A stretch of 61,884 bases of DNA, filler included, from Basidiobolus ranarum (lineage: Eukaryota), in the NCBI GenBank assembly GCA_040143965.1. It is 8 parts of 8 records of this genome, joined end to end, with 100 filler letters (N's around TTAATTAATTAA, not from the genome) between each part and the next. Parts side by side here need not be neighbours in the genome. Positions count along the whole stretch, not along the records: positions 1 to 7,672 come from JASJQH010001083.1; positions 7,773 to 15,434 come from JASJQH010001084.1; 6 more parts are not named here. One strand, given 5' to 3'. This document shows, piece by piece, positions 1 to 12,491 of this stretch. The position numbers and the translations under genes are program-made. Position 1 is the stretch's first letter. The number at the start of each line of letters is the position of its first letter. The notes beneath the pieces were generated by a model that was not told where the DNA came from, searched no databases, and was given only the letters and a program-made list of their open reading frames with translations.

Positions 1-599
1 AGATATTCCTATTTAGAATATAGGGGCTATAGATACATTGCTTTCTGTTTCTGATATATATATCATAACTAAAGTTAACTATGATGTTGAATAAAGATTA
101 ATTATCCAACAGATTTCAAGCAAAATGGTCCAGAAAATTCCTACAATGCTAAAAGGACTCATACACCTAGATAATTTTAGATCAGCATATTCCCCAACTA
201 GAAATTTTTTTGGTGTACCTAAATATTCATTCTAGTAGCTAATTTCCATGCTAAACCAAACCTCCAAACTTCTCTAGGGGCATCTGGTCCCATTGCAGAA
301 TATAGTGGATAAACTCATTTTATTTTTCTTGCAAAAAGTGGTATTCTTGTGCTATTAAGCTGTCATAAAAATGCCCACTGTGCATTCTCTTTTTCATAAC
401 TACTCATTGGTAGTGCATTGCAATGGCACAAATCACTGTTTCAATGTCAACCAACAGTAGACTTGAATTGGCTAGGTAGAGCTTATGGATAGAATAGTGA
501 AAAATAAATCAGTATTGGATCCGGATTGATCCGTTGGTATAATTCTGTATCTCCTAAATATTGCATTACAAACCATATAACCATTATATACACTACATC

Positions 600-1300
600 A
601 ACTAGAGAATAAGTAATATTTTCATCCGTAAAAATAAACCGGATCTATTCCAGCATCCACCACCAGCTGTACATGTAATGTACCCGCCCAGTTAGGATAG
701 CGGAGATCACTTCCTAAAATATTGTAGCATTGGCGACTGAATATTCCCCGGCGTGTTTGGGTTCCATTATCACCAAAGTTCTCAAATTGATAAATACCAC
801 TACCCGGCTCTTAGGTCATAATGACCGAAATCATTACCACGAATGCTTGCGAAAAGACGCCATTCATCCCCCATTTTCAAACAGTTAGAAAGTATAGTAT
901 CATTACCAGTATATTCGACATGCACTCTTATACGTTAGGTCTCCTTGGCTTTCCAATCGTAATGCATGAATGCGTGCTTCCGGGTACCGCCTTCGTTAAA
1001 GTTTTCCTAGGTTAGATTCTGGCCAACATTGATAACTTCTGATCATCACTTAGATCCCATACGGAAAAGATGAGAGCTCACTCGGTTTCGGTCCAACTTT
1101 GAAAGCCACAATAGCCAGTACCAAAGCAAACAACATTCTAATAGCAAGGATATGGGTCATATCCTACCAGAATCAAGATATCAGATTAAACGCTAGTGAC
1201 AGGTACAATGCGCCAATTTGGAGAATCATGAAGTGCTACCCCTTGGACAAGAACCGGAAATAAAGGCAGAACTGCTAGCAGACCTATGGACCATATTTCG
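600..1300 (-). pseudogene. Decayed secreted DUF3472-like gene (intronless, several stops and frameshifts)
   Basis: Hand translation of the minus strand gives a signal-like WSIGLLAVLPLFPVLVQG, then VALH...DILILVGYDPYPCY*NVVCFGTGYCGFQSWTETE*ALIFSVWD, (frameshift) NFNEGGTRKHAFMHYDWKAKET*RIRV...GDEWRLFASIR, (frameshift) GIYQFENFGDNGTQTRRGIFSRQ. The motif order matches DUF3472 as I recall it (GYxGxQ, FSVW, Y-W..TY, W-L-AS, ENF..R..F..Q). Confidence 0.65.
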
Positions 1301-1934
1301 ATTAAGACCTACGCATGTCCGCACTGTATTCTTAACATACCTTATTGATACATGATAGCTCAAAGTAGTTACCAATATGTTAACCAATTAGAGAAAAATA
1401 TCCCACTTGGGTATTTTAATGCCATTGACTATCCATGCTAATGAAAGTCCCTCTTGCTTCCCCCAGATGGTGAATATGTCCAACTGGGAGTTGACACTGA
1501 GACTTTAGAACATCATTATACAGATGCTGTTTGGGGGCTACGTACTTTTGGTCTACCTAGAAGCAAATCATGGCTAGTAGGTATACGTCCAATAAGATAA
1601 TATCCCGCCTTGTGATGAAATCCTATTTCAGGATGGAAAGCTCCACATTTCCAAATGTCGGTAGTGCCTAGCTGTAGTAGCTACCTGGTGGCCTATTCGC
1701 TCAGAATAGAAAATAGCCATATCCAATTAAAAACCTAACCACTGATTCCTAGTCGAAGTAAGCATTCTTTTCAGCCAAGTTCAATTATTTCCCATAGAAT
1801 CTTATAAACAAAGTATTGAATCGCTTGAACTCTGTATTCAAAACACTCTCTTGTCAACTCAACCTTCAAGAAACTAGCCCATGTTGGCAGTATCAGCTTT
1901 ATTTTTATATATTTTCTTTAACTTGGTATATGCC

Positions 1935-2315
1935 ATTCAACCAAGCTGCTATCTTCAAGAAAGCATGTTGCATTCATAAAAAAGTTCCTATAATGGGATG
2001 AGGATGAATGGAAGCAACTAGTGTTATCTAAATGGGATGAGGACGAATGGAAACAACTAGTGTTATCTAACAAGACTAAAATCAACAAGATTTGCTCCAA
2101 TAATACTCAATATCTCTGGTATGATAGAAAAATAGCTTATCCAATAAAGCAAATATAAGACCAATGGAATTTGGGGATTGAAATGTTATAATGTAAAGGT
2201 GAATGATCCGAGATGGATATGGCTTTATTTGTTGTATTTATAATGTATTGAACAAAAATCCTTATGTTGCTATATTCATTGAATATCTGATGGATCTCAA
2301 CATGATCATATTATT
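1935..2315 (+). mobile_element. Tc1/mariner-like transposase relic
   Basis: Translation KLLSSRKHVAFIKKFL*WDEDEWKQLVLSNKTKINKICSNNTQYLW ... EFGD*NVIM*R*MIRDGYGFICCIYNVLNKNPYVAIF matches the Tc1 pattern W..dW..V.wSDEtKIN...sdG..y.W / kfGGg..MvWGcm...G.G. Multiple stops. Confidence 0.7.
1992..2070 (+). repeat. 39-bp tandem duplication (2 copies) inside the Tc1 relic
   Basis: aatgggatgaggaYgaatggaaRcaactagtgttatcta at 1992 and 2031. Confidence 0.9.
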
Positions 2316-2390
2316 ACCAACACAGGGTAAGAATAGCAAACTGGAAACAAGAAGTCCACACCAGCTGGGCTTGATTGTTATCCATGCATT

Positions 2391-2448
2391 CAGCAAATGT
2401 TCCACAGCAAATGTTCCACTTTATGTTCCACAGCAAATGTTCCACTTT
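2391..2448 (+). repeat. Short tandem repeat of cagcaaatgttcca-like units
   Basis: cagcaaatgttcca cagcaaatgttccacttt atgttcca cagcaaatgttccacttt. Confidence 0.85.
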
Positions 2449-2765
2449 AGCCTGACGTTTATGTATACAGCTATTGCCACATATTGAACATTTTGGCAAT
2501 AGAATAGGTTTCACCATATAAGAAAGACAGGCGTATATATGAGAAACAAACTACAAAAGCAATAATTCTTAGCCAACTGGCAGCGTAAAGAGCTTATTAT
2601 AGATCTGTATAGATGCATTGCTCTAGATTGGTCATACAACAATAATGCCTCTGATTGCTCTCAGAGTATCATAGATGATTCGCTTTATTTTACGTTCACG
2701 TTCTGGTGATTTCTTTGATTTAGTTAGATTTGACACATTTCTAAGAATTTGAAGTATAGGGTTTA

Positions 2766-4514
2766 TCATAGCTGTTTAACCTTAATGGGCTGAGTCATTG
2801 ATCTAAGGAAATCAAGGAACCTTACTGTAGAGTTGACCAAAATCGAAGAGAATACTATAATGATGGCAAGTGCTATAAAATACAAATCATAATCTCTTGC
2901 TTTCCAGTAACTCATTCGAGATTCCCGGGTTTGATATAACCTTTTAGTAGGATCATCCTGTGGTTTAGTATAGATCAATTGCTCGGCTACATCTGCCGCG
3001 TGATTGATTCGTTTGGAATTGATATGAGCCAGGATTTTCATATGTTGTACATTCCGTTCGAATTTTTCTTCTTTATCCGAAACTAGCAATCTTGTCTTCT
3101 CAATCATATCCGTAGACGAGAAGCTCTTTAAATCCATCAATATGGCGACACCGGCTGCTTGTAAATTACCAGCATTGTAAAAGTGATCTCCAAAAACCGG
3201 TAAATTTAATACCTTAGTACCAGTAAGTAACGCCTCATTCGAACTATCTAAACCACCATGGGATACAAATAGAACAGTATTAGGGTGGGATAAGATAGAG
3301 AACTGGGGTGCAAATTGGAGGATCCTGATGTCACGATATTCATTATTTAGAACTGCGCGAGTCACAATGGTTGAGTTGTTGATATGCATCTCGGAAGGGA
3401 AATCACTCTCCGATATTTGTGAAAGTGGCCATATCACTCCATCAATAACACCGTCATCAAGCAAATGCAGAATACTTCTCAAAATCTTCTCCACAGAAGC
3501 TGCATTAAGATTAGCTATTGTACCAAATGCTATATAAACAACCTTTTGTCGCTCATCAAGAAACGATAATAGCTCCGGAGTTAATGGTGGATACTCACGA
3601 GAGATCAATGGTCCAACCAGGTGTATGTTGGGCGGTAAGTGTTTAGGACTCTACAAAGCAGGGTTAGTGTCTAGCTGAATCCCAGTCAATTATGTCAGAT
3701 ACTAACTTCAATACCAAAGAAGCTGTTGGCGAAGATAACCCCTTTGTCCATATTGTTAAAGCCAAACTCTTTACGCGCGGTTCCGCCCACGCTGATTCGA
3801 TCTCGATTAGCTTTTAACGAAAATCGCCATTCTCTCCAGTGATATATTATTTGGTCGATGATGTTTGACCTGAACCGTTCTATGACTCCTGTATTTTCTG
3901 TTGGAGTAGACGAAATGTCTAGAAAACTAGAGACGTATTCTGATGTGGAATGCACTAAAAGGTATGAGTATTGGACCGTAGAACGTTGATATAACAAATG
4001 ACCTACATATTCCTAGTGAAGGAACCTGCACTGTAAATGGAATATCCAAGCGATACGCTGCATCGATACAACCGAAGTTAAATACGTCACACATGACAAG
4101 ATCTGGCCTTTCTTTGGTGAATAATTTAAGCAGTGGCGAATAAGATGACTTGTATGACATGGACCACATAATATCGACTGCTTCATGGATATCCATTGTA
4201 CCCTTTAACGTGTTTTCTCTCATTAGTGCCTTCAGTTCAGCCAAAGTCACTGTTCCCTGGCCTATGGATATTCTTTCGAATCCCCAAGGCTTGGCTAGAT
4301 CAGTGAATAAGTCATAGCTTACAAAGGCAACCTCATGGCCACGCTCTTTCAAAGCCGCACCAATTTGAAACATTGGTTTCGCATGAGAGTATCCCCCGTA
4401 ATGAGATGAGATGAGTACTTTGCCAGGTTGGTGCCAGGTTTCATTCAGTAAGCTCTGGCTCGCTACGGCCAAGGAGAGAAGTGTTGATAGAATAAACAAT
4501 TCTAGTGATTTCAT
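2766..4514 (-). CDS. UDP-glycosyltransferase (GT1, UDPGT family), 3 exons; signal peptide, C-terminal TM, KxKxx tail
   Basis: Introns 3955-4006 and 3651-3706 (GT-AG) join three ORFs. N-terminal GGYSH catalytic His, VVYIAFGT, and UGT signature APQFSILSHPNTVLFVSHGGLDSSNEALLTGTKVLNLPVFGDH. Hydrophobic C-terminal segment, ends IKVKQL. Confidence 0.93.
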
Positions 4515-6214
4515 GTTGAATTGGGTTGCTCTGGTGAATTAGAGGGGCTTTATATAGTGGAGTCTCTTACTGGTGTCTTGCTTTTAGGAGCATTCATTTT
4601 GCTTAATATAAAAAGGTACAAATACCTTCAAAAACCAGCGCTCAGGTAAACATGTTAAAAGTAACTATGGTGATGTAAACAAGATCCTGACACCATTGGC
4701 TCGGGCTAATATGAAGAGCAAATTTCTTCGTTGTGAGTACGGATTATTTGGAAGCCGCACACCGAGTTGCCTCAGTCCATCTAAACCGCAATCTGTGGTG
4801 GTGTTACCTCCAAAAAGGGAATATTTCTGCCGATCTCAAGTAAAAAAATTATCAAAGACCGAGAATTACAGTTATCATGACGCCATCTATATATTGGTGA
4901 GTTCCTTTGTGTATATTGCTGCTATTTTAACTAGACACATATTCTTTGACAGTGAATAGAAATATCAAGCAACTTCGGTTTGGCTGAGGAATGAGGGATA
5001 GAGAACTTAATTTATTTATTATTAGCATATATATAGCAATTGATGGAATGCTTTGAGAGTGCTCGATCCTACTTATGTTTCAATTTACATATATAATAAT
5101 AGAATCCAGCTGTAGTGAATATGCTCTGAGATGACTCATTCTTCAACAAACCAGAGGGTTAGTCACCCCTGCGTTAGTGTTGTCCTTGTCTCCAGAGCAC
5201 TGATACTATGAGAAATCAAGAATTTGTGCTATAAATAATCTTAATGAATCCATGCACAATAACTGGCAATCCACCGAATCAATAGAATGAAAGTATGGCA
5301 ATACGCATAGAGATATAGAAGTTTACGAGAGTTAGCCCTATATTGAATTGATTTCACTTCTTTCTGCTTTTTGGCCTTACGTTTATAATTGCGGAGCGGT
5401 ATTTCCTTGAAGAAGTAATTCCTTTTATATAGCCTAACCCTAAGCACAGTTATTGATGTATTTATGGATTAGTAATTGCGATTGTTGGTTTCTCTCCTTT
5501 GAAACCTCGTGTGACTCACAATGTCTGGATATTCACTAGCCCTAAGAAATTTCTAAAATATGCAGAATAACCAAATAATAGATGCTTTCTGAGGGTTCAA
5601 ATAATGCAACATGTATAAGCTAGGTTTAGGTATATAAGGCTAATGGTGAGATACCAAACTATACAGCTTTACGAAGAATTCCTGTCCTTCAATCCCAAGA
5701 ATTTCATGCTTTTTGTACTGAAACGATGAGAAGAATGGTAGTAATGATTACTCTGTAATAAGGATAGGCTGGATGAACACTCTTTTTCAAATACAAGGCT
5801 GAACTCGCCAACTTTGCATAATAATCCTACTTCTTGAGTTTGCTTGTCTAAGTGATCGAACTAGGTTTGCACCATCTCTCAAGGATAGGTCACGAGATAA
5901 GTAAATAAAGTAGTATGCTAGCTTGATAACATGGTAAGAAACTTTCAGCCGATATTCATACGCTTAAAGTGGTAACAATATTGAATACGGAATACTGGAA
6001 CCTCTCGATATGAACCCAAAATCTGAATTCCTGGAAAGCTGATGCATTACTATGGCTATACTCTCAGCAGCTGATTCCATTGATTTGGATGAGCATTTTC
6101 TGGAAAGATCATGTGATAATCGTCCAAAAAGAGTCGAATAAGTGATCCGAGTTAGTGGATTCCATTAGGCATGATGGTCATAGTGTTGATTGCTCTGCCA
6201 AATTACCATTCTTG

Positions 6215-6530
6215 GTTTTGATATAACCTTTTAGTTTAGTTTATAGATCAATTGCTCGGCTACATCTGCCGCGTGATTGATTCGTTTGGAATGGATATGA
6301 GCCAAGATCTGCATCTGTTGTATTTCTCGAATTTTCCTTATTTATCCCCAACTAGCAATCGTGTCTTCTCAATCGTGTCTGCAGGTGAGAAGGCTCGTAA
6401 ATCCAATCTTATAGAAACACCAGCATCTAGGAGTTTGGCAGCGTTGAAAAAAAGCTCCCCCAAAACTGGTAAATTTAGTACTTTGGTACCAGTAAGCAAT
6501 GTTTCTATCGAGCTATCTAAACCGCTTTCT
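6215..6530 (-). pseudogene. Truncated, degenerate duplicate of the 3' part of the UGT
   Basis: High nucleotide similarity to ~2930-3255 (shared tagatcaattgctcggctacatctgccgcgtgattgattcgtttggaat). Translation GLDSSIETLLTGTKVLNLPVLGELFFNAAKL then a stop. Its 5' part is replaced by an interspersed repeat. Confidence 0.85.
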
Positions 6531-6534
6531 ATCA

Positions 6535-6790
6535 CTTACTATTCTCAATTGGAATTTACTTGGAGTATTTTTATGAACTTAAAAGTGTTCCAATATTTAA
6601 ATGTTTCAAACTTACGCTATAAACCCTAAACTTTACACACATGTTCCTGAGACCTTTCTTAACACATTCTGCACACTTATTTCTTTAAATCTCGACAAAA
6701 CCATAAATGCCAACTGAATACTCAATAAATCAATAAGTGGAAACCACTGATTTCCCCAATTCTACAAACTACTTCAAGCAGGCTATCAAA
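6535..6790 (+). repeat. Interspersed repeat family, copy A (probable TE relic)
   Basis: attggaatttactt...aaacttt(a/g)cacacatgttcctg(a/g)gacctttcttaacacatt is shared with 7344-7558 and, inverted, with 19590-19920. Confidence 0.8.
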
Positions 6791-7343
6791 ATACACTAGT
6801 ACTAATATCCTCTTTAGATGGCTAGATGCTAACTATAACAATTGAAAGCTCAGAGTGTCTAGTTCACAAATCTTCAAACATAGCTACAAAAACTTTTGAT
6901 ACCTCTTTCAAAGATTATATTGTTGACTTTTACTTTACCATCAACATAAGAAGTATCATTTATTTTCATCTCTGTCCTAGACAATTAATTCACTCACCAC
7001 AAATGCACTAGAATACTGGTGAAAGAATTAAATCTACACTCACTTTTGACCCATTGTATGTCACAAGCTACTAATTCTATACATTAACCATCTCATACAA
7101 AATTAATAAACACACCTAAATATAGCCTAAATTGTAATCACTAGGGTTAAATAGAAATGTAAGTATCCATGTTATTTTAATAGATATACATGTTCAGATC
7201 AAACACTACTCAACAAGTGCTATAATTATCAATGTATTAAAAAGCAGCATAAGTTGTGCCATCTTCTTAATGCTGATAAAAGTGATTATCTGGGCCAAAT
7301 TTAGGTTGCATACTAATTGCTAAGCAGAATTGTGGTGTCAATT

Positions 7344-7558
7344 GTTGAAATTAGCATTGCCTACGCACCTATATAGTCATATATAGCTTAGTACTTGGTT
7401 ATCTTACAGCTCACTAAGATATTATCCATTATTCTAAATTGGAATTTACTTAGAATATTTTTACCAACTTAGAAGTTCTCAGATATATGGATTTTTCAAA
7501 CTTGTGCTAGAAGCCCCAAACTTTGCACACATGTTCCTGGGACCTTTCTTAACACATT
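7344..7558 (+). repeat. Interspersed repeat family, copy B
   Basis: gttgaaattagcattgccta...tatatagtcatat...aaactttgcacacatgtt matches the reverse complement of ~19725-19917. Confidence 0.8.
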
Positions 7559-7560
7559 AC

Positions 7561-7672
7561 ATGAAATGTTACAAATGTGGAAAACTGGGACATATAGCAC
7601 ATTACTGCAGATCAAAGAAGAAATGGGTTTCAAAGAAAAAGGAAGCATATAACACCACTAAAAGAGGAAATG
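7561..7672 (+). mobile_element. CCHC zinc knuckle, retroelement gag-like fragment (cut by contig end)
   Basis: KCYKCGKLGHIAHYC = CX2CX4HX4C, in CpG-poor repeat context. Confidence 0.65.
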
Positions 7673-7772
7673 NNNNNNNNNNNNNNNNNNNNNNNNNNNN
7701 NNNNNNNNNNNNNNNNTTAATTAATTAANNNNNNNNNNNNNNNNNNNNNNNNNNNNNNNNNNNNNNNNNNNN
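7673..7772. other. Artificial contig linker
   Basis: N44-TTAATTAATTAA-N44. Confidence 0.99.
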
Positions 7773-8690
7773 CCGCTACGCTTTAGTGCGAGCAGCTTGA
7801 GTAACCGCTTCATAAAAGTTATGGAGACGTAAATTCGCATTGTACACGACAGTTATGAAGATCGGGCAAATAAAATGAACCTCTATTTAATATAGTATTT
7901 CTTAGCATTGCGAACCTTCGAGTTCCTCCAAGAAATAAGTGAATATCAAGTAGGGTTTATCGTATGTCTCTAAATAAGCGATAATTGTAATAGAAAGCGT
8001 TTGTGAATATCCTATGGGGAAACAAAGTTCATTTAGGAGAGAAAGCTTACTGTACAACACACAAGATTAAAAAATGTTTGGTCAAGAAACACCAGTATCA
8101 ACAAGACTCGAACTATTTGGTCAATGAGAAAATGAGCTCATTTGGCACAGAGAAAGTTTAACCATAATTGATTGGGGACCTTTTTTACCCCAACATGATT
8201 TTTATGACATCCCCAGCTCCCAGCCCAGTGTCACTCTTCCTCCCTTGCGATAGAGGATTTATCAAGCCTGAGTTGCATTAATGATTGGTGCCCCGGAGTG
8301 ATTAACATATCCCCACATCAACTATGGCTACTTAGTCGATTCCCCAATCATCCATACAAATTGATAAATTCCGCAACTTCACCTTTCATGATGATAACAT
8401 TGAATAGTACAACGATTATTTATGGCTTGAAGATAAGTGATTTTGATCAACATGTATGGTTGTTTCTAATAAATACACTAAATTAAGTATTTAATAGTAA
8501 AGCTTATCGTAATAAAATACCAAATTAATTTTTGCACTGCCTTTTCTCTTGTTGGGAAACCATGAGGGTAAGAACCTTTTCAAACTTCACATAGGACAGG
8601 CTTGACGAGATGTTAAAAAGACAATGGTGTTAGGAGACTGTAAATAAATATGAGTTCTGCGACCAATTTTGCTCTACACTACAAATTATT

Positions 8691-10414
8691 CTAGTCTTGA
8701 GGCTCAGATTCAATAATTGATTTAACAGTTTCGTTATAAGGAGACTCGGAAAAGAAGTCTGATGTGCAAAGAGGACGAACATCTAAATCTTGTATGTTCG
8801 CCACATCTAGAGTTGAAGGATCGAAGGATTGCTTCTGCATAGTTCGCATGAATTCACGAATAGGTACCATAGCAGCGTTGCGGCATAGCTCTTTGAGCTC
8901 ACTCCCTAGAGTAAATTTCAAGGTCGTCAATTTGGATTCAAGTTAACAACATCACTGTAATCAAGGCACCTGAAAACCCAATGGTATATCTGATAAGGTT
9001 ATCTATATCGAAATCTTTGTCTAATTTGATATCTTTCAGCATCTGTATATATGAATGTTTAGTATAATACGAAAGATGATGTACCATATTATGTAAAACA
9101 TACTATATTCAAAATATCCCGACGTTGATCATCATTAGGCGGCTTGATAGAAAACCTCTTGGGCATTCGTCTTAAAATTGCTGAATCTAAACCGAAAGCA
9201 TATTAGAGATGAAACTTCAAGAGTACTTATCCATACCAAGCATACCAATATCATTAGGTCTGTTCGTCGCACCCAAAATCTACCGGAAAGAACTATTAAT
9301 ACATATAATGGGTTATCCAAAGCTCCTGGTTCTTACTATTATACGACTGTCTTCTTTGGTCGTAAGGCCATCCCATAAGCTGTATGTACACATGTCTTGT
9401 TAGCAGTGATTGGCAGAGCTATTTGGAATAGACAATTAATTACCTCATGAACTCAGCCTTCATCATACTCGTTACTTCGTGATCATTACTTTTTCTTTCA
9501 CGAAGAAAAGAATCGATCTCATCGATAAAGATTATGGCTGGTTGGAGTTTCTTTGCAAGACTGAAGAGAGCAGCAACAAGTTTGTTGGATTCCCCAAACT
9601 GCAGGATGTAGATGTAAGAAATATGAACAGAAAGGTCGTGAATATAGACTGATCCCATACCCATTTGTCGGTTAAAGTTGAGACATGCATATTAATAAAA
9701 GTAGCACCAGATTCATGAGCCAGGGCTTTAGCTAACATGGTTTTGCCGCAGCCTTGGATTTGAAAGGAGTTAATATTCCCACCTCGATTCCACATATTAA
9801 GATCTTAAGTATACCTGGAGGACCGTATAATAGGACACCTTTTGGTGCGCCTAATAGGCCAGAGGCGCTTGTAAACAGCTGAGGGTATTTCAAAGGGAAA
9901 ATGACCGATTCGTTCAGCTCAGTGATAATGTCTGATAATCCACCGATTTCTACATGATGTATACACATTTGATAAGCTTTAAGAACAGTTTTTGGGAATA
10001 TTGAAAACTTATTATATTGATTTTACGTTTGAAATTGACAGAAATCTCTTCAGAGTGAACTACTTCAGTAGCAATTATTTGCTCATATTCACTAAGTTTC
10101 AATTCGGAAAGCTAAACAAGAGTCAAATAGAGTTATTCGTGTAAAAAAAGTTCAGTTTCATGACTTTCAATTGGTTAAACTTACCCCTAGACGATCAAGA
10201 ACCTTTTCGCTTTTTTGTTTGGCCTCTTTTTTTTTACCATTACGGGGATCCATGGAGTTGAGTACATACTTGAAGCCATAATAAAAGGCTACTTGTGATA
10301 TAATAAATATGGCAACTATGAATTCAGGTTAACATGAGCTTAGTATTTTGAGATGTCAAGACAAATAAAATGTAATTTACAGTCAGCCATGTATTTTTTA
10401 GTGGTTGGTTGCAT
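8691..10414 (-). CDS. MSP1: Msp1/ATAD1 membrane AAA ATPase, multi-exon
   Basis: N-terminal TM ([18 protein letters not shown]) then [22 protein letters not shown]; Walker [21 protein letters not shown]; Walker [44 protein letters not shown]. Confidence 0.93.
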
Positions 10415-11493
10415 GATGAACTAATTTTTTAACACTTCAATTGAAAAGTTTACAGTCAAATGGTCTCTCGTTTCTTATTCTGAAAGAGAAGTATCAAAAA
10501 CAAAGGAAGAGGTAAGTGTTTGTACTAGAATTAAATTGTGATATGTACCTTTATTCAGTTGTGACGGAGCTTAGAACAAGTATTATTCACATGACTGTGA
10601 AAGTGACTGAAATGTGTGGATCGATTATACACAAGTGATAGCAATTATTATTACTGAATCTGCACTACAATTATAGTTAATATTGAAATATTCACTGGTT
10701 ACAAGATGCAGATCAGGTAAAGAAATCCTCCGAATTTGCAGATTTGGATTGGAACTGACACTACAACAATTCAAGTGAGAGATCAAGCAGGCTTAGGCTA
10801 GCAGAGTCTATCCATACATTAAGTTCTCGTCTCCTATAAGATACCACCTCTACTAAGTTTTGCTTTGGGCGATAACTTTAGGGAGGTGCCGTAGGGGGCT
10901 TTGTATTGGAACGTTGGCTTATTCTTCATTGAGAAGCAATCTGTGCTGTAAGTGCTTGGCATTCACTCTCCGTTGCCTCTCTAGTATCACAATACGGACT
11001 CCGTTATAATTATTATATGTAAGAATAATAGATTTCGAGAGATGATTTGAGCCGCTAAAAACCCACTGATTTCATGATTTTTGATCTTTTGTACTACTCC
11101 AAAGCTATATATATATATTACACAGTGACCAATATGGAACTATTGTCCTGGTGGGACTTTCGTCTTTACCAGGAATTAGGCTTCAAACCACAGAGTATTT
11201 GAAGTCTCCACATGATAGAAGAGCTAGCTTGAGGATTTATTGATAGAATTGAAAAGGTAAAGAATGTATCACAAAAAAGCAAGATTTTTATGGTGCATGT
11301 ATATTTAACACACACTTTCCGGTAGAATTGAAGATTTCTTGAGCCGCAAAAGTGTTGCAAAACATCTTGAGGCCAGAGTACAATAGAACTTCGAATGTCA
11401 AGAGCACAGGTATGCGGAACATGACTTGATTTCTTACTGATCTACGCTAGTTTTTATGAGCCAACCTTTACAGAAAAATTAGATCAAATGATG

Positions 11494-12491
11494 CTACGAA
11501 TGGTGGAGTTTATCTGTAGATGACATCTGAATCCAAGGCCCTTCTTCATGATCTGAGATAAAGAATGCTTTCTTTGATCGTCGAAATGTAGAAGCTGCAT
11601 TATTTACTGCATTCCAAGCGTGACTATACTTCAATGGCTTGGAGATCGAATCAACTGCACGAGATACCAGACTCGACAAAGGTTCAAGCATATCCCGAGA
11701 GTCTTCAATCATACTACTAGAGGAGCTAAAATGATATTAAGTAGATATCCAAACTGGACTCGTAAAGATCACAATCAAATACCTCCAGCTCGAAGATGAT
11801 CTAGGAGAATATGAGTCAATTTCTGGTCTACTCCCGGTGTTTTTCTGAGGACCTTCGGAACTTTCTAATTCTTCTTGAGATATGATGCGAGCATTTAGAC
11901 TCTCTATTTCCGCATCGGTTATTTTACAGTGTACTATCGGAATTTTCATTTCATGCCGAAGCTGGGGATCACCAGACCACAACTTATTTACACGACGCAA
12001 GATTCCGACCTGAGAATATCACTTTAACTTCCAGTACTGTTACAAAAAAATTTACAGAATTTTGTACTTACTTCTATTCCATATTTCAAAGAAAGGCCAG
12101 CAAAAGTATCTGACGAGTGAACTTTATGAAGTAATATCGCTTTTTCTCTAGGTATCGTCAAGGCGTCACTGGCTTGCGAAGAATCCACAGGCGATGTATT
12201 ACTTTTGTTTTCTTTGTCAATTTTGGTTGTAGAAATGCTAGACGCATCAAAAAAACGAACGGAAGTAGGCCGTGTATGAGGCGAAAATGGTTCGTTAGTG
12301 TGAAAGGTAGTGTCTACTTCAGATTCATTAGTGTCCACTACAGATTCAACTGTGGTGAATTCAGGCTCTCCAGCTCCTCGGGAAAACCATTGATTAGCAG
12401 TTGAGTAAAAATTGGTGTTTGTTTCAGCAGCCATACGCTGACGTCGATTCACCAGATTTGAGTTAATTGGTACTCGAGTAGTTTCTGTCAT
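11494..12491 (-). CDS. Intracellular LysM-domain protein, 3 exons
   Basis: HKVHSSDTFAGLSLKYGIE | intron 12010-12071 | VGILRRVNKLWSGDPQLRHEMKIP is a LysM motif. Second intron ~11726-11782. No signal peptide. Confidence 0.8.

Noticed and set aside
1992..2448. Short direct repeats as a CRISPR array
   Set aside because: Simple tandem duplications without unique spacers, in eukaryotic TE-derived DNA, with no cas genes.
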